Part shown: piece after piece, positions 40,937-48,650 of the stretch
Layout of the letters: each line of letters begins with the position of its first letter
Position numbering within the stretch: the first letter of the stretch is position 1
Virus record (IMG/VR): IMGVR_UViG_3300030019_000018
Length of the DNA: 64,000 nucleotides
Origin: an uncultured virus (IMG/VR IMGVR_UViG_3300030019_000018)
Taxonomy: Duplodnaviria; Heunggongvirae; Uroviricota; Caudoviricetes; Crassvirales
Strand: one strand, 5' to 3'
Position numbers and translations under genes: made by a program
The notes under the pieces: model-generated
The model's input: only the letters and a program-made list of their open reading frames with translations
Databases searched by the model: none
Told to the model about the DNA's origin: nothing

Positions 40937-40968
40937 CAAATTTAGGTAAAAAAAATAACATATGCAAA
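40937..40968 (-). promoter_or_regulatory. Bacteroidota consensus promoter (first leftward promoter)
   Basis: TTTG-N20-TAAATTTG. Confidence 0.75.
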
Positions 40969-41214
40969 TGTAGTATTAAAATAATATGTTAAATAAAGTT
41001 AAAGTTATATCATATAAATGAATACTACCCCCTCTCCCCCTCTTCTTTTTTTTATTTTTAAGTCAAACTATTGATAATTAGAAATTTATAATATAAAAAA
41101 TTTTTAAAAAATATTTTTTTTTGAGTTTATAAAAGATGGGTAAGTGTAAGATAAGCACCTAAAACCTCCCCCCTTTCTTGGCCATTGGGGTATATCCCCA
41201 TGGGTTGTTAATTA

Positions 41215-41268
41215 TTTTAACACTTTTAAAAATGGTGATTTTTAATTTTAACACTTTTTTTAACACTT
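41215..41268 (+). repeat. Three direct repeats of TTTTAACACTT
   Basis: Copies at 41215, 41246 and 41258, just upstream of the first rightward gene. Confidence 0.8.
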
Positions 41269-41296
41269 ATTTATTCATTATTTAAATTTTATTATT

Positions 41297-41584
41297 ATGG
41301 CAGGTTTAACATTTAACAGTACATTTACTGTAAAGGAGTTTAAAGAAAAGAACAGTATTGAAAATCTCAACATCATTGAAGTTCCTAAAAAGGATGGAAG
41401 TGGTAACTGTCTTATCATGATTAATGCTGATACAAACAAATCCATTGGATTAGTTAGCAATGTAAAACCATTCAGTGAAATTACCAAACCAGTTATTTCC
41501 GATGTAACTGGGGAAGATGGTACAACATTTTTTATGCTGCACCAGTTAGGGGAATCTAAAGCTACTGTTATTGCAACATTGTAG
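41297..41584 (+). CDS. First early gene, hypothetical protein
   Basis: 95 aa; clean coding composition; own terminator. Confidence 0.7.
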   Translation: MAGLTFNSTFTVKEFKEKNSIENLNIIEVPKKDGSGNCLIMINADTNKSIGLVSNVKPFSEITKPVISDVTGEDGTTFFMLHQLGESKATVIATL

Positions 41585-41600
41585 TAACTATTGCTAGTGA

Positions 41601-41635
41601 AAGGAGGTGTGAGAAATCACACTCTCTTGTTTTTT
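41601..41635 (+). terminator. Rho-independent terminator
   Basis: GGAG-GTGTGA-GAAA-TCACAC-TCTC followed by a T-tract. Confidence 0.75.
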
Positions 41636-42014
41636 AATTTTAATACTATTTACTCTTAGAATAGAATATAATTACCTCTATATAGAGGATAAAATATAGA
41701 TGATTATTGTGTTGATGATTCATAATATGTTTATTTTTGTTTACATTAAAACTCTAGGTACTATTAAAAATTATAGGTAAGAAGTATTAATTACTCACCT
41801 AGAGTTTTATCATTTTAACATTTAATTTGACTACATTTACAATTCAATATACTTACCTACATTAAAACTCTTAGTATTAACTTCACATAATACTATGATA
41901 GAGTTTGATTAAGACTTAAAGTCTATTTATGTAAACCTCTATATAGAGATTAAAGTAAAAAGACTTTAAGTTTTATCCTAACATAATGATAATAACAATT
42001 TAAAATATAATACA

Positions 42015-42293
42015 ATGGAAACAGTTATAAAGAAATATACTCTAAAGACTACAGATACTACAGATGTAATTAACTTCTTAAAAATAGTAGAAGTAGTTAG
42101 AGGTAGAATTAATGATCTTAAAGAAAATAGTGATAAAATAACTTTAAATAGTTATATAAACTCTCAAGGTAATCAAGAATTTTATGTTAGTTGTGACATT
42201 AAATATAATAAATTATTACTATCTATTTTAGATATTAATGATGTAATATGTAGTGTTGTATTAACAGATAAAATTACTGTAATAGAGTATTAA
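42015..42293 (+). CDS. Hypothetical protein
   Basis: 92-aa ORF with an A-rich leader. Confidence 0.55.
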   Translation: METVIKKYTLKTTDTTDVINFLKIVEVVRGRINDLKENSDKITLNSYINSQGNQEFYVSCDIKYNKLLLSILDINDVICSVVLTDKITVIEY

Positions 42294-42340
42294 TAAATAC
42301 TCATACAAAAGGAAATATTAACAATTTAATTTTACATCTT

Positions 42341-42475
42341 ATGAAAAAGTTTATCATTTTATTCTTTATTGTTTTATTATTTTCCTCTTGTGTTTATACT
42401 GAAATAAACTGTATGAGTAGATCTGGTTATAGACTAGAATATGCTGTATCTTTTAAACATAACAATTACAATTAA
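42341..42475 (+). CDS. Small lipoprotein (44 aa)
   Basis: Translated by hand: MKKFIILFFIVLLFSS|CVYTEIN...; lipobox-like FSSC. Confidence 0.6.
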   Translation: MKKFIILFFIVLLFSSCVYTEINCMSRSGYRLEYAVSFKHNNYN

Positions 42476-43208
42476 TTCTATTTAACATAATAGAGTGATT
42501 GAGATTATGATATTATACACCTTATTATATAGTTAACTTAAAGAGTTAAGTTATGTTGTCCTATATATAAGGTGTATTTAACTTCCATCCACGTGCTAAA
42601 TGCATACATCATTTAGGGTAACACTATAAGAGGTGGAAGTTATTTACGCACTTTCTTTAGTATGTATTAGAAAGTAAGTGCGTAGAAGGAGAAGAGACAG
42701 TATTTAGTTTAATTCTAAATAATATAAGTTAAGTTGTTAATACTTAGGAAGTTATAACTTTATAGGAATTAATTAGTTAAATAGTTGATTAATAGATAGT
42801 TATACTATTGTTATTTAGACTCATTCTAAATTATGTGAGCTAAGTGCTTGATTATCAACTCCCCCAACATATAATAACTATCCCTCTTAAAGTAATTATA
42901 ATATCATTAAAAAATATTTAACTAAATTTAAACATATTAAAAACATTAATATATATGAAATAACTAAAACATAAAAGCTTTATTTGTTTTTAGCTGAATA
43001 TAATATAGACATATTGTATTAAAAACAATAATTATGTATAGGAACTGTAATTAATTACAAGAAGTAATACGTACATAAGGATAAATAAGGAGGATTGTCA
43101 TAATTGTAATATTAAAAAGTGACAGTAATTTAATATTATAATTCCAATATATTATACTTCTAATATATTAAATGACACTTTAAAATTTAAAAAATAAATA
43201 CATTGTTT

Positions 43209-43727
43209 ATGTATACAACATATAATTATTATGATAACACCAAAACAATCTTTAAAGGTTGTAAAACTCCTAAAAGAAATGCTGATTATATTTCATATTC
43301 AAGTAGGCAAAAAGACATTGTAATTCCATTTAATGAGATACAAAAGTACTTACTAAAGTTACAAGATCCTAAAACTAAAGAAACATATTATACTTTAAAT
43401 ACTAAAGGAATATACTATGTTGAAAGTAAATATGGCAATACTGAAGAGTTTACCAGAAAAATACATTTAAATAAAACTAAATCTTACTGCACAATAGCAG
43501 GATTTCCAATATCTTCTAAATATTGGCATGGTAAAAATAGCAAAGGATCCTTTATTATAAGACAAAGTAATCATTGGTCTTATATTACAAATTTTAATGG
43601 TGATTATGAATATGGTTGTGGTAAAGTAGCTTCATGTTTTTGGACATTAAAAACAAACAACAATGAAGACACCACTAACACAGGAAAAAGTTATTTACAA
43701 TCTTTCAAACCAAATAATAAAATATAA
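43209..43727 (+). CDS. Hypothetical protein
   Basis: ORF containing 'SKYW...RQSNHW...VASCFW'. Confidence 0.6.
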   Translation: MYTTYNYYDNTKTIFKGCKTPKRNADYISYSSRQKDIVIPFNEIQKYLLKLQDPKTKETYYTLNTKGIYYVESKYGNTEEFTRKIHLNKTKSYCTIAGFPISSKYWHGKNSKGSFIIRQSNHWSYITNFNGDYEYGCGKVASCFWTLKTNNNEDTTNTGKSYLQSFKPNNKI

Positions 43728-43730
43728 TAT

Positions 43731-43919
43731 ATGAAACTAATCAAACATTTAAAACATTTATCAGGAGAAATATGTATTATACTAGGTATAATATTCTCTT
43801 TTAATCCAATAAATAGTAATATAAGTACATATTTATGTGTTTTATTTCTAACAATTGGATTAATTTTACTATTTTTACAAGATTATCTATGGTACAATAA
43901 AAACAAAGATAATCTTTAA
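43731..43919 (+). CDS. Small two-TM membrane protein
   Basis: Two hydrophobic helices. Confidence 0.5.
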   Translation: MKLIKHLKHLSGEICIILGIIFSFNPINSNISTYLCVLFLTIGLILLFLQDYLWYNKNKDNL

Positions 43920-43926
43920 TTAAAAT

Positions 43927-44011
43927 GCCTTAGTGGTGGAATGGTAGACACAAAGGACTTAAAATCCTTCAGTCAGAAATGGCTGTGCAGGTTCAACTCC
44001 TGTCTAAGGTA
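43927..44011 (+). tRNA. trnL: tRNA-Leu (anticodon TAA)
   Basis: Acceptor GCCTTAG/CTAAGGT; D-loop GG; anticodon arm AAGGA-CTTAAAA-TCCTT; long variable arm; GTTCAA T-loop; no encoded CCA. Confidence 0.92.
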
Positions 44012-44119
44012 CAAACTTTTGCTTTTATTATTTTTTGCAACTTGTTAAGCTTATTGTTGGCTTAATGTAAACAAAAATAAACCTTAACCCTATGGTCTTA
44101 ATTAATAAAAAACACTATT

Positions 44120-44350
44120 ATGCTTTCAATTTGTATGTTTTATTTTAAAATCACAAGTAATGATGGTTCAGGTAGAGAATATGAAGGTTTTATAGAAACT
44201 AAATATAGTATTATAAATCCACAAGCTCATTTATGTGATCCTTTATTACCTTGTTGTATTGATTTTCCGTCTTTTAATCACCCTGATTATACTAAAGAAG
44301 GATATTATGTTGAAATACCAATAGATGATATTTCAAAATACAAAATTTAA
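44120..44350 (+). CDS. Hypothetical protein
   Basis: 76-aa ORF. Confidence 0.5.
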   Translation: MLSICMFYFKITSNDGSGREYEGFIETKYSIINPQAHLCDPLLPCCIDFPSFNHPDYTKEGYYVEIPIDDISKYKI

Positions 44351-44426
44351 AACACTAAGTTATAAGTTATTGGTTTAACTTATAACTACTAATCAACAAA
44401 TAATTATTAATTTAAAAACAAATATT

Positions 44427-45101
44427 ATGTTTAAAAATTGTAGAGTTGTTATGCTTCCAACTAATCAAGAAAGCAATTTATTACTTGATTATGAAAATTT
44501 AATGCATATTGCTAAAGCAAAATTAGCATGCCATAGACTTTATTATAAATATCAACATCTTTATATTATTTCAAATGAAGAAATTAAAGACAATGATTGG
44601 TATTTAGATTTTAGAATTGCAACTCACCCCATTGTGAGTAATTCACCAATGCATGTTTTAAAAGTAGATTATTACAAAAAAATTATTGCTACTACTGATA
44701 CTTCACTTTCTATTATCAATCATAGTAATGGTACTTGGAAAAATTTACCTACGCCTTCACAATCTTTTATTGAAAAATATGTTGAACAATATAATAAAAG
44801 CAATAAAGGTAATAAAATTACTGATGTTAGAATTGAATATGTTGATAATGGTGAAGAAGATTGGAGTGGTGATAATATTACTGGACTACCCGTTTGGATT
44901 GAATGTCTTGAACCAGTAGTTAAAAATGATAGTACTATTGTTATTAAGAAAGTTAAAGATTCTTTTGTTAAAGATGATTTACCTATTGATATTATTGAAA
45001 GTATGATTGCTTATTGTGAAAAAAATCAAATTTATGATAAACTTGCTAACCACGGTGATTTTTATTACAAAGCCAAACAATGGTTGAGTAGTATACAATA
45101 A
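44427..45101 (+). CDS. Hypothetical phage protein
   Basis: 224 aa; 'QHLYIISNEEIK...KKIIATTD...PSQSFIEKYV'. Confidence 0.65.
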   Translation: MFKNCRVVMLPTNQESNLLLDYENLMHIAKAKLACHRLYYKYQHLYIISNEEIKDNDWYLDFRIATHPIVSNSPMHVLKVDYYKKIIATTDTSLSIINHSNGTWKNLPTPSQSFIEKYVEQYNKSNKGNKITDVRIEYVDNGEEDWSGDNITGLPVWIECLEPVVKNDSTIVIKKVKDSFVKDDLPIDIIESMIAYCEKNQIYDKLANHGDFYYKAKQWLSSIQ

Positions 45102-45158
45102 TTTACAACTTATACTAGTAATCATTAATTTGATTACTAGTATTTAAATTTTATAAAT

Positions 45159-45401
45159 ATGAAACATGATAAATCTAATTCTTTTAAATTTAATATTTCA
45201 CCTCATTATTGGTTAGATTATTCTAAATTTAAAGCAGTTATTAATTATAAACGATTAGTTATTGAAGAAGACATTAAAACTTTATATCAACAAGAATTAG
45301 ATTATAAAGAACAATGTGATAAAGTATCTAAACTTAAAGCTAAACAATCATTTATTAGAAATAAAAAGAAACGTAAATCTAAAACTAAACATCATGACTG
45401 A
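45159..45401 (+). CDS. Hypothetical protein with basic tail
   Basis: 80-aa ORF. Confidence 0.5.
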   Translation: MKHDKSNSFKFNISPHYWLDYSKFKAVINYKRLVIEEDIKTLYQQELDYKEQCDKVSKLKAKQSFIRNKKKRKSKTKHHD

Positions 45402-45630
45402 TAAAAACTTTTTACAGTTATTTATTTTTCTAACTACTACAATAGTAATAGCTGTGTTTTCTGGTCTTGTGTGTAATATTACACATATATCTCCTATTTT
45501 AATATTTACAGTTGCTATATTTATAGATATAGCAATATATGTAATTATACTATTATTATCAGATATAATATGGAAACTACATAATACATTTGATGAATTT
45601 GGAAATTTTAATTTGTTATCTAAAAACTAA
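45394..45630 (+). CDS. Small two-TM membrane protein
   Basis: ATG at 45394 (MTDKNF...); hydrophobic; 'IFIDIAIYV' resembles the next gene. Confidence 0.5.
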   Translation: MTDKNFLQLFIFLTTTIVIAVFSGLVCNITHISPILIFTVAIFIDIAIYVIILLLSDIIWKLHNTFDEFGNFNLLSKN

Positions 45631-45635
45631 ACATT

Positions 45636-45827
45636 ATGAAAAATTTAATAAGATCTTTATTATATTCTATGTTTTTATTATTACAAGTGATAATTATTAC
45701 TTATATTTATGAATTTTTCAAAGTAGATACTATTATAATAGTTCTAATTGATATAGATATAATTGTTATATATATAGCTTTATTAGTAATATGGGAAAAA
45801 ATACAAACTTTTTTAAATAAAAAATAA
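45636..45827 (+). CDS. Small two-TM membrane protein
   Basis: Hydrophobic, 63 aa. Confidence 0.5.
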   Translation: MKNLIRSLLYSMFLLLQVIIITYIYEFFKVDTIIIVLIDIDIIVIYIALLVIWEKIQTFLNKK

Positions 45828-45832
45828 ACATT

Positions 45833-46030
45833 ATGAACATATTAACAGCATCATCAGATTCTTACAAAAGTAAAGTATTAGTATCTTTACATAAAATAAA
45901 TCAAAAGTCTAAAAGACCTAGATTTAAAGTTAAAAAAAATATTAATTCTTTAGAAGCTTTTGAAGACAACTTAAAAAAAGACATTGCTCAATTTAGAGTT
46001 AAAAATAATAAAAAAGTAATATTTAATTAA
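45833..46030 (+). CDS. Small basic hypothetical protein
   Basis: 65 aa; same TAAACATTATGAA junction as the previous gene. Confidence 0.5.
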   Translation: MNILTASSDSYKSKVLVSLHKINQKSKRPRFKVKKNINSLEAFEDNLKKDIAQFRVKNNKKVIFN

Positions 46031-46367
46031 ATTACCGCAGTTCTAATGCATTGTGAATGAGTAGGTACATTCTGTAATTGTAATTAAATATTATAAAAAC
46101 TTTAATTAATCCTTTGTTTTTTATCTACTGAAGAATTAGTTAAAGTTTTTAAAAACTCTCTATGTTAGTAATAACTACGTGGAATAAACTATAGTGAGTC
46201 TATAGATAGAGAGTATTCATAGGTACATTTTTCATATTAATGGTTAACGTATAATTCTAACATCATATCTGTGAAGAAATAAGATGTAGAGATAATGATA
46301 GTAACAAATAAGGCTATTGAATTGAGGTAAAAAACATCCCTCATATTTTAATTAAAAGTATAAAAAA

Positions 46368-46567
46368 ATGATAAAAAAGATCTATACATATTTAAACCAA
46401 GACTGAATATTTGGAAATCAAGTAGAAAAGGTAAAAGTTTTATATATCCTCTAGATACTATTTATTGGAAAAAAGAAGGCATATTTAATGATGGTTTATT
46501 TATTTTTTTGCAATTACATTACTTTGCTTTACATATCAAATTAACTTTTTGGAAATTAAAAATTTAA
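46368..46567 (+). pseudogene. Probable frameshifted small gene
   Basis: ATG at 46368 is out of frame with a ~60-codon open frame (DLYIFKPRLNIW...); one extra A in the A6 run would join them. Confidence 0.35.
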
Positions 46568-46582
46568 AAACAAAAAAATAAA

Positions 46583-46672
46583 ATGGAACAAACAATCTTT
46601 TACATTGGGGCAGCACTAGCTCCATCTCTAGCTTTTTTACTTACATTATTATTTACTAAAAAATCTAAATAA
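46583..46672 (+). CDS. 29-aa single-TM peptide (MEQTIFYIGAALAPSLAFLLTLLFTKKSK)
   Basis: Translated by hand; stop overlaps the next ATG. Confidence 0.55.
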   Translation: MEQTIFYIGAALAPSLAFLLTLLFTKKSK

Positions 46673-46905
46673 TGCTTAAAAGTAAAAAGAATAAATTAAG
46701 TAATAAAATATATAGATTATCAGGACTATCATGTGTGGTAGTCTTGTTATTTTTAATATTAGGTACAATAGGTTATATATTAAATATATATAAAATGTGT
46801 AAATGTAATTTTAATCCTATAGGTAAAGCAGAAGTACTTTATACAGTAGGCACATTCACAGGTACTGGAAGTGTAATAGGATGGTTTGATATTAAAGATA
46901 ATTAA
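46672..46905 (+). CDS. Small membrane protein
   Basis: TM segment followed by 'KCNF...KAEV...G...VIGW'. Confidence 0.55.
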   Translation: MLKSKKNKLSNKIYRLSGLSCVVVLLFLILGTIGYILNIYKMCKCNFNPIGKAEVLYTVGTFTGTGSVIGWFDIKDN

Positions 46906-46910
46906 TTATT

Positions 46911-48122
46911 ATGTATAAAACTATGAATATAGAAGATATAAAAATAGGTATGAAAGTAGTACCTATTGATAAAACTTGTGGAACTCAAGGATTAAATTCT
47001 TGTGAAGAATGGAAATCAGTAAAAGATAAAATAAATCCTTTTCTTTGTGTAGTTGATATAGAAGAAGATATTAATCTAGTATTATCTGATGGTAGTAAAA
47101 AAACAGGATCTTATTATTATGCTTCAGATTTAATTCCATATGTAGAAGAAAATCTTAAATGCCATTTAAAGGTTGGAGATTTTGTTAGAATTAATACTAA
47201 ACCTAAAGTATGGTCATCTTTTTGTATAATTGAATGCCCTTTAGACCTTAAATATCCTTTTATAGGAGAAATATTTGAAATTAAAGAGGGCGCAGTAGGT
47301 TTATCTTCTAATATAGGAGGATATGGATTTCACTTATCTGATTTAATAAATACTGATAATATAAAAATAGTAAATGGCATTTATAAAGCTATTACAAAAG
47401 AAGATTTAATAGAAGGAGAAATATATAAAGAAGTGTATAGTGGTTTTACACAATTATTTACATCCTTATTTAAATACACACAAAAATCTTATTTTAAATA
47501 TAGTATAAATATGGATTATTGTACTTTTGAAGGTGGAAAATATGATATTGAAGGTGATGTATTTGAAGCTTCTAAAGAAGAGATAGAAATATTTAATAAT
47601 AAAGTTATAAATACAAATATGTCTAATGAAAGAAAAAAAGAAATATTAGGAAAATATGCTTATACATATTTTAATGAAGAAATTAAAAAGATAGAAGATT
47701 ATAAAGTAAAAGAAAGTGATTTAATAGGTGAGATAAAAGATTTCCCTATTGAAGTAGTTCAAGAAATGGTTAACAACCAAATTAAACAAGGTAATAAAGC
47801 AGATGTTAATATATTTCAAGAAAATTTTACTTGTGTACAAATAAAAAATGGTTTTGATTGGAATAAAACAAAAGAAGATTTTAAATTTTGGAATAGAGTA
47901 TTAAAGTATAAAGATTTTGATTTATTTTTTAAATACTATCCTAAAAAAGAAATTTCATCAACTACTGATTTAAAAAATATTAACAGTGCTGAATTAGTAG
48001 GGTTTGATATTCTAAATATATATACATATGAAGATTTAGTACTTACTAATCCATCTGTAAGTAAAATAAAATTAACAACAAAAAACAAAAATAAACAATT
48101 AAGAACACAATTAACTAAATAA
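46911..48122 (+). CDS. Multi-domain hypothetical protein
   Basis: 403 aa; SH3/KOW-like 'KIGMKV' and 'KVGDFVRI' modules; C-terminal domain shared with the ORF at 55842. Confidence 0.65.
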   Translation: MYKTMNIEDIKIGMKVVPIDKTCGTQGLNSCEEWKSVKDKINPFLCVVDIEEDINLVLSDGSKKTGSYYYASDLIPYVEENLKCHLKVGDFVRINTKPKVWSSFCIIECPLDLKYPFIGEIFEIKEGAVGLSSNIGGYGFHLSDLINTDNIKIVNGIYKAITKEDLIEGEIYKEVYSGFTQLFTSLFKYTQKSYFKYSINMDYCTFEGGKYDIEGDVFEASKEEIEIFNNKVINTNMSNERKKEILGKYAYTYFNEEIKKIEDYKVKESDLIGEIKDFPIEVVQEMVNNQIKQGNKADVNIFQENFTCVQIKNGFDWNKTKEDFKFWNRVLKYKDFDLFFKYYPKKEISSTTDLKNINSAELVGFDILNIYTYEDLVLTNPSVSKIKLTTKNKNKQLRTQLTK

Positions 48123-48143
48123 ACTATTATACAATTAAAAATT

Positions 48144-48497
48144 ATGGCAACTACAAAGACAAACAGTTTTATTAAACAATTCATTGCTACTTTAAAAGGT
48201 GATGACAATGAAGTATTAGCACAAAAGGTATGGAGACAAGTTGATTCAGCTTTAAGTTCTCAAATTAATGCTTTATCTGGAGATCAAATTGATTATGAAA
48301 CTAAAGTAGAAGAAGCAAAAGAAGCATTAACAATTGCTAGAGTTAATGATGGTAAATTAATTACAGATAGAAGTTCTTATGTTAGTAATTTAATTTACAA
48401 AAAGAATTTACTTACACAAGCAGAAGAAGACTTGGTTAGTTTACAAGAACAAATTACTTTTTTAAAAGAAGAATATGAAACTTTGAAAAAAGACTAA
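48144..48497 (+). CDS. Coiled-coil hypothetical protein
   Basis: 117 aa, followed by a strong hairpin. Confidence 0.7.
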   Translation: MATTKTNSFIKQFIATLKGDDNEVLAQKVWRQVDSALSSQINALSGDQIDYETKVEEAKEALTIARVNDGKLITDRSSYVSNLIYKKNLLTQAEEDLVSLQEQITFLKEEYETLKKD

Positions 48498-48514
48498 TAT
48501 TTGTATATTTTTAT

Positions 48515-48552
48515 TAAAAGGTTAAGTAATAGTAATATTATTTAACCTTTTA
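48515..48552 (+). terminator. Long hairpin (terminator or processing site) before the tRNA
   Basis: 17-bp stem with one G-U pair and a GUAA tetraloop. Confidence 0.65.
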
Positions 48553-48555
48553 TAA

Positions 48556-48629
48556 GTGCCCTTAGCTTAGTTGGTTAAAGCAGCTCACTCATAATGAGAA
48601 GATCACAGGTTCAAGTCCTGTAGGGCACA
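48556..48629 (+). tRNA. tRNA with CAT anticodon (Ile2-like or elongator Met)
   Basis: Acceptor GTGCCCT/AGGGCAC; anticodon loop CTCATAA; GTTCAA T-loop; paired 1:72, so not an initiator tRNA. Confidence 0.88.
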
Positions 48630-48650
48630 CTAATATTTAATTAAGTAAAT

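Noticed and set aside
40753..40992. 79-aa plus-strand ORF
   Set aside because: GTG start, atypical composition, and it overlaps the leftward promoter and structured region; better explained as non-coding.
41600..43200. CRISPR array or integron attC cassette array
   Set aside because: No identical, regularly spaced repeats; hairpin ends do not fit RYYYAAC/GTTRRRY; no cas or integrase gene in the window.
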